64,000 nt of DNA, taken from the sequence record NC_007623.1; one strand, given 5' to 3'. This document shows positions 37,674-47,700 of this stretch, one piece after another. Positions within the stretch are counted from its first letter, which is position 1, and each line of letters opens with the position of its first letter. The notes beneath the pieces were generated by a model. That model was not told where the DNA came from. It ran no database searches and saw only the letters and a list, made by a program, of their open reading frames with translations. A program made the translations under genes and the position numbers.

Positions 37674-39110
37674 ATGTCCGAAATGTTGGTGACATTGACC
37701 CGAGCCATTTTTGGTATGGGGAATAGCAACCACGATCACGTTCATCGTCATAACCAACTCAACCTGGACAGCACTGAGGTGGATGACCTCATCATGGAAC
37801 AGGTCAATGGAGGTGTTACCGCGGGTACCCTGAACCGCATTGCTGCCTCCAGCGGTAACCTGTCCCAGCGTCCTCAAGGCTACGTCTCCGTCGAAGAAGG
37901 CTTCGGCGTACGGCGTGGAATTGGACAACTCACGTTCGTTATTGAAAGCAATTCAAACTTCCATTCGGAAATGTGTGTGGTGGGGTACCTCTTTGGAGGC
38001 ACTGCGTCGGAACAAGGTATCTCGGATGACACCATGTTCGTTCCGGTACGGACTTGGTCAACCTTGACGACCAATACCCATGACAGTCAAGGCTTCCCGA
38101 TGACCAAGCGGATGATCGACAGTTCCCATCAGTTCCTCATGGGATCGGTGGATCAGAACAAAGACCTGAAAGCCGTACGTCCGTTGGATGTCGGGAATGA
38201 AGCCTTGGGGTTTGCCGCCAGTGAAGAAGATGGTTCTGAGATGATGTATGCCGGGACGGTGGGGAGCGACCTCAAGAACAACACCTTGATGTCGAAGACC
38301 CTCAACCTCAACCCCACGCATTATTCCCGGGAGTTGCTCAAACTGGCCACCAATGCAGGGTTCCACTCCTCCAATGGCAGTTCGTTGGAAGTGGAACTGT
38401 CCAACGGATTGATCGGCGAATCGATTGGAGAACTCTCCCCGCTCGAAAACCCTTTCATGCGGGCAATGATGCAATCCACCGGTCAGTACATGTTGGGTGG
38501 GTTCCAGGGGTTCAGTATTGGGGAAATCTATCAGGTCTTCGATAACCTGTTGGATGTCATGAACCTCAACCTGTTGAATCCCAGTTCCTTTGCGGAAGAC
38601 AACACCCTGCTCACCAGCAGTGAATATGGGTCTGCGGGTAACCATGAGGTGATTGCTACGGAACTGGCGATGATGTCGGTTCACCTGATGTTGCAGTGTG
38701 GTCTCTCCAGCCTACGGTTCTCCGCCACCAATAACCTCATGGAATATAGCACGATCATGGATGATGGTGTGGGTGTCGCTTTCGTCATCGGTGAAGCCAT
38801 GTCCATGTTGGACAATGACATGTTCGTGGAAAACCGGGTGGAGGACTTCAAGCGTCTGATTGCCCAACACTTCTTCTCGAAATACTCGGGACCTCATGTT
38901 CATTTGAGAACCTTGATGAATATTGAAGTGGAGTGTTACATGTTTGGTGAGATCGTTATTACGATTTCGTTCAATGGGGAAGCCAACGAGAAAACCTTCA
39001 CCAACGCTACCTACTACATTAATCATACCAGCAGCAGCATTGCCGGTAATGAAAACGGCCTGTTGGAAGCCAAGAACTTCCTGACCGGTATTCGTGAATA
39101 CTTCAGCTAA
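37674..39110 (+). CDS. Nuclear-import protein PicA/Imp1 candidate (phiKZ gp69 position)
   Basis: 478 aa; GAGGA RBS; synteny after the gp68-like gene. Confidence 0.6.
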   Translation: MSEMLVTLTRAIFGMGNSNHDHVHRHNQLNLDSTEVDDLIMEQVNGGVTAGTLNRIAASSGNLSQRPQGYVSVEEGFGVRRGIGQLTFVIESNSNFHSEMCVVGYLFGGTASEQGISDDTMFVPVRTWSTLTTNTHDSQGFPMTKRMIDSSHQFLMGSVDQNKDLKAVRPLDVGNEALGFAASEEDGSEMMYAGTVGSDLKNNTLMSKTLNLNPTHYSRELLKLATNAGFHSSNGSSLEVELSNGLIGESIGELSPLENPFMRAMMQSTGQYMLGGFQGFSIGEIYQVFDNLLDVMNLNLLNPSSFAEDNTLLTSSEYGSAGNHEVIATELAMMSVHLMLQCGLSSLRFSATNNLMEYSTIMDDGVGVAFVIGEAMSMLDNDMFVENRVEDFKRLIAQHFFSKYSGPHVHLRTLMNIEVECYMFGEIVITISFNGEANEKTFTNATYYINHTSSSIAGNENGLLEAKNFLTGIREYFS

Positions 39111-39124
39111 GAGGATAACCGCTC

Positions 39125-40561
39125 ATGCACGAAACCAATGAACTGAACAAACTGTACGAAGCGATGTGTTTGTCGTGGGGCGCGCAGGTTAAAGAACAGG
39201 GACGACTCGTCTTTATGATCGATGGGGAAGAATTCCCACTCCGTATTGATGGGATGACCCTCCACCTTCCGCTGAGCGAAGTCCTGGATGGGAACTGCGT
39301 GGATAAGGTCTTCTTCCACCCGGCCTGTGAAAACATCGTGTCGAAAGAAACGGAAGTGTTCAAGATCATCCGGCGGATGACCTGTATGAAACTGCTGGAT
39401 ACCTTCCGTCGTATTCCGATGGTGTTATTCACCGTTGCAGGCCATAAGCCCAAGAGTACCTGGAACCAACGTATCCACGACATGCTGGAGCCCCTTAAAG
39501 GTGCCAAGCGTGCGGTACGGGATGAACTCAACGCATTGTTCAGCCGTATGCATGTGGAAGTGGAAGAGAATGGGTTGGATAACCGTTTCATTCACTTCAA
39601 GGTATCTAAGGGCGGTGGTACCAGTAAGACCACGGGTCAACGGATCTATTACAAGACCCGTCCGGAGTTTCCGTTCTATACGGAAATCGTTCGTCGTCTG
39701 GCACGTTCGGATGGTCAATCGGATAACCAGACCATTGAAATCAATAACCACACGGTCTCCCGAGCGGCACTTCGTCTGGCCGCCCATATCTTCCAGAACG
39801 TCCTTCCGGCGGTAAACAGTCCCAGTGACTATGAGTTTGAATCGACTTCCCCGGTGGCGTCTCGTCTAGTGTCCTACATGGGGTGCTATGCGGAAATCGC
39901 AGATCAATTGAATAAGATCCAGAATACCTTCCGATCTGATTTCGATAAAGCCGGGTTGTACCCGATTGATCTGAGCTGGACGGAACGCCTGGAAGAACTA
40001 CCGGATATTTATCGCCAAGTCCCAGTACTGGATTACAACAGCCACAACACCCATGATGAAGTCCAGCATCAAGCAGTGAGTCGGAATGACATGGGTGGTC
40101 TGCTGTCGGTTACCAGTACCAACCAACAGGGTGTTTCTCAACATCAATCCCAACCGCAGCACGTTGCAGGAATGAGCGGGGACTATGACGTATCACCTCC
40201 GCAGATGCAAGCGGGAGACCGGTATGTCCGTACTGAGATCGATTACGTCGGTCAACGCGTTCTCCACCATGCGGTTAACCAAACCACCAATAACCCGGTC
40301 GTCTACATCTGTAGCCGTAAAGGGAACTTCCTGCAACGCTCTGAAACCAACATGATGCTCCAGCAAATGGGTATGTTGGGTGGGATGGGTGGTATGATGG
40401 GTGGAACGATGCTGGCCAACGGGATGGTTCAACTGCCGAACGGTATGATCGTGAATCCGCAGATGATGGGGGGTGTTTCGATGCCCACACCTACCGCCGC
40501 ACCGAGTGTATACCCGGACGCCGGTATGGGGTTTGACCTGGGAGCCCCAGGTATCTTCTAA
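39125..40561 (+). CDS. Conserved hypothetical protein with Met/Gly/Gln-rich tail (phiKZ gp70 position)
   Basis: GAGGA RBS; 478 aa; low-complexity C-terminus. Confidence 0.75.
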   Translation: MHETNELNKLYEAMCLSWGAQVKEQGRLVFMIDGEEFPLRIDGMTLHLPLSEVLDGNCVDKVFFHPACENIVSKETEVFKIIRRMTCMKLLDTFRRIPMVLFTVAGHKPKSTWNQRIHDMLEPLKGAKRAVRDELNALFSRMHVEVEENGLDNRFIHFKVSKGGGTSKTTGQRIYYKTRPEFPFYTEIVRRLARSDGQSDNQTIEINNHTVSRAALRLAAHIFQNVLPAVNSPSDYEFESTSPVASRLVSYMGCYAEIADQLNKIQNTFRSDFDKAGLYPIDLSWTERLEELPDIYRQVPVLDYNSHNTHDEVQHQAVSRNDMGGLLSVTSTNQQGVSQHQSQPQHVAGMSGDYDVSPPQMQAGDRYVRTEIDYVGQRVLHHAVNQTTNNPVVYICSRKGNFLQRSETNMMLQQMGMLGGMGGMMGGTMLANGMVQLPNGMIVNPQMMGGVSMPTPTAAPSVYPDAGMGFDLGAPGIF

Positions 40562-40577
40562 GCAACAATAACCTTAC

Positions 40578-40609
40578 CAGTACCTAGCGGGATATCCCGC
40601 TAGGTACTG
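40578..40609. terminator. 32-bp perfect palindrome between convergent genes
   Basis: CAGTACCTAGCGGGAT ATCCCGCTAGGTACTG. Confidence 0.65.
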
Positions 40610-40636
40610 TGTTTTCTCTATTTTATTCCAGTATTT

Positions 40637-40966
40637 TTACGCTTGGGTCGTATTACTACGTGCAACGGCCTGGGTCAAATGGGCCTCGTCAATTATCTTG
40701 TAACTTTGCATGCCCGCACAATCCATAAAGGGATCTTCAATCCCATTCAGATAGGCGGTGACCCACAGCATATGGTTTTCAACCCCTTGAACCCTCAGGA
40801 ACCGATAGAAGTCATACCGATAGGCATACAGTTGTGCGTGAGAGACGATTGGAATCTCCTGGGTTTGACGGAGGAGTATTTCCCGTTCGGACCGCACCAA
40901 GACTTTGAACCGTTCAGTAAAGAAGAAATCACGTCCTTCACTGAAGTTAACAATAGACAGTGGCAT
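40637..40966 (-). CDS. Small protein with LysM-like/T4 gp53-like motif
   Basis: AAGGA RBS; LWVTAYLNGIEDP resembles the W..A..N.I.DP LysM pattern. Confidence 0.55.
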   Translation of the reverse strand: MPLSIVNFSEGRDFFFTERFKVLVRSEREILLRQTQEIPIVSHAQLYAYRYDFYRFLRVQGVENHMLWVTAYLNGIEDPFMDCAGMQSYKIIDEAHLTQAVARSNTTQA

Positions 40967-40997
40967 GGAGAAGATCCTTATCGATGCAGCTAACCAT

Positions 40998-41014
40998 TTT
41001 TGAACCTATATTAT
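40998..41014 (+). promoter_or_regulatory. Putative phage early promoter motif upstream of tnpB
   Basis: TTTTGAACCTATATTAT; 15/17 identical to the motif at 36031. Confidence 0.6.
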
Positions 41015-41044
41015 TTCTGTGACCCGACATAAGGAATTATCCCA

Positions 41045-42187
41045 ATGGAATACTTAACGACCCAACGAAGTCGATTGTATCCCAACCTGGATACTCGTCT
41101 GGTATTAAACAAAACCATAGGGTGTTCACGTTTCATATGGAACGCTCTACTGGGTAATCATAAGGAAGAATACGGTCTTTGGGTAGAGGATCCAGAAACT
41201 CATCCTAAACCGAGTTGTTCTTTAAGTTCCTTTAATCAAAAGCTGAACGAACTTAAAGTTGAATACCCCTGGTTAAATGAGGTCAGTTCTGTTGCTTTAC
41301 AACAAACAGTTCTTCATTTAACCAAGGCTTTTAGTGAGTTCTTCCAGGGTATTCATGGTTATCCAAAATTTAAATCTAAACGAGATCCCGGTGGATTTAA
41401 CCTCAGTAGTGCAGCGGGAACTTTAGCCAAGGACGGCAAGATTCGAATCCCCAAGATAAAGGGATACACCACCTGTCGACCTAAGCTCCCGTTGGATCAG
41501 GAAATTAGGAACTACAGCATTGTCAAAGACCGGGTTGGGAATTACTTTGTCAATTGCTTAGTAACTAAACCTTGTCTACCGAATACGGCTAAAGGTCAAG
41601 GACTGGTGGGGGTTGATCTGGGGATTAAATCCTTAGCGGTGGCGAAGCGGTCTACAGGTGAAATCTTTACCTTGGAGAATCCTCGAACCTACATGAAGTA
41701 CCACCGTAGACGTGTACGACTTCAACGGCGATTAGCCAAGAAACAGAAAGGGAGTCAAAACCGTAATAAAGCTAGAATTAAACTGGCCAAACTAGAACGT
41801 AAGGTCGGCAATATTCGCAAGAACACCCTGGATACCTTCACCTCTAAACTGATTAGCGAAAACCAAGTAATCAGTATTGAGGATTTGAATGTTAAAGGGA
41901 TGCTGAAAAACAGCCGGTTGGCTAAGCATATCCAAGACTGTGGATTTAGCACCCTCCGGAGGATGTTGGAACACAAGGCTAAACGGTATGAATCACCGGT
42001 TATTATTAGCCTGGTCCATCGATTTTACCCCAGCACCCAGTGTTGTTCAGCGTGTGGTATTAAACGTGAGATCAAACTGACCCTTAATGACCGGGAATGG
42101 ACCTGCGCTGAATGCGGGACCTCTCACGACAGAGACATCAATGCTGCAACGAATATCCTGTATGAAGGACTTCGGTTAGTGGTCTGA
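41045..42187 (+). CDS. tnpB: TnpB RNA-guided endonuclease (IS200/IS605 family), no tnpA
   Basis: N-terminal RLYP...GCSRFIWN; RuvC-I GVDLG, RuvC-II IEDL, Zn finger CSACG...CAECG, RuvC-III DRDINAA, all intact. Confidence 0.93.
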   Translation: MEYLTTQRSRLYPNLDTRLVLNKTIGCSRFIWNALLGNHKEEYGLWVEDPETHPKPSCSLSSFNQKLNELKVEYPWLNEVSSVALQQTVLHLTKAFSEFFQGIHGYPKFKSKRDPGGFNLSSAAGTLAKDGKIRIPKIKGYTTCRPKLPLDQEIRNYSIVKDRVGNYFVNCLVTKPCLPNTAKGQGLVGVDLGIKSLAVAKRSTGEIFTLENPRTYMKYHRRRVRLQRRLAKKQKGSQNRNKARIKLAKLERKVGNIRKNTLDTFTSKLISENQVISIEDLNVKGMLKNSRLAKHIQDCGFSTLRRMLEHKAKRYESPVIISLVHRFYPSTQCCSACGIKREIKLTLNDREWTCAECGTSHDRDINAATNILYEGLRLVV

Positions 42188-42189
42188 TA

Positions 42190-42344
42190 GAAAATTTACT
42201 CTTTGGAGTAACTACCGAAGCCTACTCGGGATGTTAAGCCTGTGGAGCATCAGTGCGGTTAAGCTGAGCAATGAAGCAGGAAGTTTGAGGTTAAAACATT
42301 GGGATAAAGACAGTCTTAACTCATTATTGAAAAGACTGCTGTTG
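42190..42344 (+). ncRNA. Putative TnpB omega-RNA scaffold plus guide
   Basis: AAGCCTGTGGAG (42236-42247) and ATGAAGCAGGAA (42271-42282), typical of IS605-family right ends; candidate end TCAT at 42321-42324; boundaries uncertain. Confidence 0.6.
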
Positions 42345-42361
42345 ACTGTAATGGAGCCGTT

Positions 42362-44668
42362 ATGAGTAAAGAAAAATTGAATCAGGACCTGAAAGGTGTA
42401 AGTAGTGAGATCCGTGCCGCACTGGGTGCAGAGGATACGGATCTTACCCCTGACAGTGCAGCGGGTCAATTCCTCCAGGAAGTCCGTTACAAGTATCCCT
42501 GCGGGGAGAATCAAATCCATCCTGCTTTAGTGGGTGTCAGCAGTAACCTGATTCTCTTCCCGCACGAAGCCTCCGCGGGTCGTCTCTATATGGCGGGTAA
42601 CATGATCCCTAAATCCGTGCCGACCGAAGGAGCGGGTGAACGGATGATGGTAACCGGGTACGAATTTGAGGAACATTACGGTGGAACGGCTCGTAAGGTC
42701 GAAGCCCCTGCGAATATGCTGGTGGAAGAGATCTTCTTCGTTCAGAGTCTGGTTCCGGGTAAGGATACGGATGACTGGAATTCGATTTACGTGGTCTTTA
42801 AGAACGACGAACAGAACGCCTACGACCTTCTGGAGCTACCTCGGTATAACACCCATAACCACTACGTTGGGTTCGAATATAAATACGATAAAGAGAAACT
42901 CCGTAAGCTCCGTAAAGGTGCCACTTTCGCTAAAGGGACCGTCTTCGCTAAGAGTCCCCGTATCAGTGAGAATGGGGAATGGTGTTTTGCAATGCCGACC
43001 TTGGTAGCCGCCTATTCGGACCAAAGGACTGAGGAGGATGGCGTGCTTATCACCCGTTCCTATGCGGAACGTTCGGCTTGTATGTTCAAGCACGAGTTCA
43101 GCTATGAATGGAATGAGGATGAATGGATTCCTCTGATGCTGTACGGAACGGACGAGAACCCCCAACCGCTCCCTGAGTCGGGTGATAACATCCGTGAGGA
43201 TGGGATCGTCATGGGCTTCCGTCGCCGCATCAAAGAGAACGCGCTGGTTTCCCTGACCAAGAAGTCCCTACGAGAACCGGATCTGGTGTACGACAAGTTG
43301 TTCTATGCGCCGGTGGATGCGGTTGTGATGTCAGTCACTGTTCGGTCGGATCGGATGAAGAACCGGTCCAATAACCGGGGAACGGATTACATCGAACAAC
43401 ACCACAATGCCATGCTGGACCGCTATGAGAAACGCCAGAATGAAATGTGGAACAATGTGATCCGGTGGTACGAAGGGAAGATCGCTGCCAACCGCGGGGA
43501 AGACATTCCCATTACCTTTGACCTCGATACCTTCATTCGGAACGCGTATGGTAACTATACCCGCAATGGGTTGGGTCGTATTAACCCGTTGGCCCGAGTG
43601 GAACGGTGGGATAAACTGAAAGATTGGAACGTGACCATCGAACTGAAGGAACGGGTCAAAGGTCGTGTTAAATTCAAGTACGCGGGTTTGAACGGTGACA
43701 AAGGGGTGTGTGTACGGGTCATTGAAGACGACGAAGCTCCCACCTATCCGGATGGGACTCGGGCGGAGTTCATTAAAGATAACGTACCGGCGTTCCGTCG
43801 CCAGATCTTTTCGTTGCTCATGGAACTGAGTATCAACTATGTGAACATGAACGTTCAACGGGAAGTCAGACACCTACGGCTACAAGGGGATTATGAAGGC
43901 GCTTTCCAGGCGTTGATGACGTTCTATGAAACCGGTTTCCCTGAATTCAGTGAATTGGTTGCTCATGCGTTGGTTACGGAGGAGGAGAAACGTGAGCACG
44001 TCGACGATGTCTGTCGCCGGAAGATTTCCGTGCATGTGGTCAGTAACACGAAGTTGTATGGCGTGAACCTGATCAACGCCCTGCGTCGTCAATACCCGTA
44101 TAAGCCGCAGAAAGCCATTATCGTGAACGCACTGGGAGAACGGGTGGAAACCGAGAACCCTATCCTTATCAGCTGTCAGGACATTATGCTCCTGGATAAG
44201 TTTGGTACGGACATGAGTGCGCAGAGTATGCCGAAGGCTAACCTCTTTGGTATGCCAGCGAAGATGAACGAAGGCAGTAAATACGCCACCCCCATGAAAG
44301 ACAGTAATAACAAGAATACCGGTGAAACCGAAGGCCGGTTGCAAGTCAGTCACGCGGGCGGGCAGGAAATGATCAAGCAACTGGCTCTGGCGTATTCCCC
44401 CGAGAACCAGAAAAAAGCCTCCCAACGGGTTATTCGTGCGGATGATCCGTTTGAGATTCCTCGGTTGATTAAACCGGAGGAGTATTTGGGGAATCGGGCG
44501 TTGAAAATGGCGGTGGGAATGTTGTCGGATTCGGGTTATCGGCTGCGAGCTGAACTACCCAGTGATCGTCGGGAATATCCAACCTTTAACATGGATGAAA
44601 TCCCAGGGTTAGATGACGAGACCTTGAAGCAGCTTCAGTCATCCGAGAAACCCACTCAAGAACCTTAA
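42362..44668 (+). CDS. rpoB: nvRNAP beta subunit C-terminal part (phiKZ gp71-73-like)
   Basis: KYAGLNGDKGV (beta GxHGxKG motif), TEEDG, KNTGETE; uninterrupted here. Confidence 0.87.
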   Translation: MSKEKLNQDLKGVSSEIRAALGAEDTDLTPDSAAGQFLQEVRYKYPCGENQIHPALVGVSSNLILFPHEASAGRLYMAGNMIPKSVPTEGAGERMMVTGYEFEEHYGGTARKVEAPANMLVEEIFFVQSLVPGKDTDDWNSIYVVFKNDEQNAYDLLELPRYNTHNHYVGFEYKYDKEKLRKLRKGATFAKGTVFAKSPRISENGEWCFAMPTLVAAYSDQRTEEDGVLITRSYAERSACMFKHEFSYEWNEDEWIPLMLYGTDENPQPLPESGDNIREDGIVMGFRRRIKENALVSLTKKSLREPDLVYDKLFYAPVDAVVMSVTVRSDRMKNRSNNRGTDYIEQHHNAMLDRYEKRQNEMWNNVIRWYEGKIAANRGEDIPITFDLDTFIRNAYGNYTRNGLGRINPLARVERWDKLKDWNVTIELKERVKGRVKFKYAGLNGDKGVCVRVIEDDEAPTYPDGTRAEFIKDNVPAFRRQIFSLLMELSINYVNMNVQREVRHLRLQGDYEGAFQALMTFYETGFPEFSELVAHALVTEEEKREHVDDVCRRKISVHVVSNTKLYGVNLINALRRQYPYKPQKAIIVNALGERVETENPILISCQDIMLLDKFGTDMSAQSMPKANLFGMPAKMNEGSKYATPMKDSNNKNTGETEGRLQVSHAGGQEMIKQLALAYSPENQKKASQRVIRADDPFEIPRLIKPEEYLGNRALKMAVGMLSDSGYRLRAELPSDRREYPTFNMDEIPGLDDETLKQLQSSEKPTQEP

Positions 44669-44707
44669 CCCCATGATAGACTCACGGTATGGAGAGGAAT
44701 GTAACTC

Positions 44708-47700
44708 ATGGTAATGAAGATCAAACTCCGTGAATGGGCTAATTTACCAGAAGAAACTGTTCTCCGTTGGTTAAACACCCGCCGGTGGGTGGAGGTCACG
44801 GATGACCTGGACCAAGTCGCTCTAACGGATACCTACGCTCTGATCATTACCTGGCATGGAATGATCATCCACCGGCATTATAACGATGTCCCCTATTCCA
44901 TTAAGGAGATGGTACCCAGTAACAAGGTGGAAGGGGGTGAAGACACCGTCTATAACGATGGAACCAACGCGACGCCTATTAACCAGTTCTTAAAGGTCAT
45001 TCTTCCTACGATTATTGACCCGGTGGAAGTGGACGGGATTAAACGGCTTATTCATATCTGGCAGAATAAGCTGAATAACCTGCTGGTGGTGATGAGTGAA
45101 CGTTACGTTATTTCAGCCACCGCTGAATCCGTAGCGGAGTTCATGGAAGATGAAGGGATCTCTGGAATACGGGACCGTGTCCTGAGCAAGGAGATTTCAA
45201 TTGATGAGGGTGAGCGGGAGTTTGCGGATTATGTCCGGACCGCTCATTCCATTGCCAACAACACCCTCACCCTGCTGTCGCGTACGGGCGGGGTGGCCAT
45301 TAACCAGGCGTATCAGAAGACGATCATCCGGGGTAAAGTCTTTGACCTGAACAACTCGATCATGCCGAATGCGATTACGGTTCCGTATGCGCATGGGATT
45401 ACCAACCTGGCTGATATGCTGGGTGAACGGAATGCAGCAGGTAAAGCCGGGGTTTTGTCTTCAAAGATAAAAATCCCTGGTGGATGGAAGACCATGGGTA
45501 ACATCCGGGTGGGTGATGAAGTCGTTACACCCGATGGAGGTACCGCTAAGGTGCTGGCAGTTCACCCACAAGGTGTAACCAAGGTTGTACGGGTGCACTT
45601 CAAAGACGGTCGATATACTGACGTTAGTCCAGATCACCTGTGGAAGGTTAGACGTCATCATTGGTGCAACGATAAAGCCATGGCTAAACTCACTCGGGAG
45701 GAAGTGGAAGAACGTGTATGGCGAGTCATCACCACCAATGAGTTGAAAGACTATATTGGTCTGTCAACTAAGGTATACGTCCAACTGATTGAACCTGAAA
45801 GAAATGCCGATAAACCCTTCAAAATTCACCCGTATGTGCTCGGTGTCTTGTTGGGGGATGGATGCATTAGTCAAAAGGCTGTGGATATCACCAAACCTTA
45901 TCAACAGCTATTCGATAAGGTCCAATCGCTATTGCCAGAACATTTGGAATGTGTTTGGCGACCCAACCGTAAAGGTGATGGAGAACCTAAAACGTTTGGG
46001 ATCCGTTTTAAAGATCGTCGGTCCGAACAGCACATCAACTGGCATATCCGTGATGGCCTGAAGGAACTGGGCTTGTATGGAATGCGGTCGTGGGGAAAAG
46101 TCATTCCCGAAGAATATCTTCACGGATCGGCTAAACAACGTTTGGAGCTCCTCCAAGGACTGTTGGACACAGACGGAACTGTGGACAAACACAAATCGGT
46201 TAGCTTTAGCTCTTCGTCTAAGTTACTCTCCCTCGGAGTGCAATACTTGGTCAGAAGCCTAGGGGGGATGGCACGTCTCCAAGAACGTACTCCCCACTAC
46301 ACCCACAATGGAGAAAAAAGGGAAGGTCGTACGGACTATCGGGTTTATATCCGATACCCTCGACCAGAAGAACTCTTCACCCTAGACCACAAACGGGAAC
46401 GTGCGGTCTCGCACCAGCATACGGAAACCCTGAGACTGCAAGTAACTCATATTGAAGAACGTCCTGATGAGGAGACACAATGCATTACGATCGATCATCC
46501 TGATCATCTGTACATTACAGACGACTTCATTGTCACCCACAACAGCCTAACCAATAACGGCAAGGCCCTGAAATCATCGGAATGGTTCCACCGGAAGGTA
46601 CACATCCTGTCCGCTGTGGTGGCGGATATCGATCATTTCATGGACTGTGGAACGACCACTACAGTGCCGATCCGAATTCCCAATATGCAAGCGGCAATGG
46701 CACTGTTGGGTAAATTCAGGGTAACCGATACAGGAGAATTAGAACTCATTGATCAAACCACGGTGTGGTCAATTAAGCCAGGGGAGTGGGTTAATATTCG
46801 TAGTGTGGCCTTCTGTAATCACTACAATAGTGCTTCACCCTGCCGGGTATGCTACGGGATGATGGCGAGCTCTATCCCGTATAACGTGATGATGAAGAAA
46901 GGGGCTGATGTCGGGATGTGGTGTACCACCTCGATCTGTAACCCCATCGGCCAGGGAATGCTCTCCACCAAGCATTTCATTAGGAATGCAACGACCCGTA
47001 AGTTCGTTCCTGCGACTAAGGATAAGAACGTTATCTATTCCAATGGTGACGATATTTTCCTGACTAAGGAACTCTGTGCACCGGGCACTGAATTGGTGCT
47101 CAAAGCCGATATTGTAAACATCCTCTCGGATATCCGTTCCTTGGATGTTCTGGACAACTTGAGCCTGGATAAACTCCCGTACTTCTCTGAAGTCACATTC
47201 CGCTATGAAGTCGAAGACATCATGATGGGGGGTAAAACCCTCCAGCAGCATGCGGCTTGTACCTCGGTGTCGTCTCGGAATGCCCGGTTCTCGTTGGAGT
47301 TCCTGAACTATCTCCTGAGTAAAGGTTGGGCGAACGAAGGTAAGAAACATATTACCGTTGATTTGAGTGAATGGAATACGCTCAGTCCTATCTTCACACT
47401 GCCGTATGTTCGTGAAGACTTGGACATGCACCGGGCTCGGGTAGAGAACTTCATCACGTTCAATAAACGCAATAACGCCTGGAGACAGCAGATCGTTACA
47501 CCCCGTCTCTTTGGTGAGGTCTTAGCGGAATACTGGGGATTGATCAACCAGGAAACGAAAGGGATTAACATCATCCATCCTGAGGTCTTGCTCTATTCCA
47601 CGTTGTGTCGGGATCCCATGCGCGGGGATTATTCCCTGGCGAATGGTAAAGGACCTAAGTATTTCGTGAACTTCCAGGAGTGTATCAAAGGCAGGGGGGC

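Noticed and set aside
40643-40993. tnpA (Y1 or serine transposase) upstream of tnpB
   Set aside because: Neither the plus-strand 116-aa ORF nor the minus-strand 109-aa ORF has HUH/Tyr or serine-recombinase motifs; the plus ORF has no RBS.
41045-42324. IStron (TnpB inside a group I intron)
   Set aside because: The element is intergenic and no P/Q/R/S core flanks tnpB.
42362-44668. Intron in the nvRNAP beta gene as in phiKZ gp71-73
   Set aside because: The ORF is continuous, with no group I motifs.
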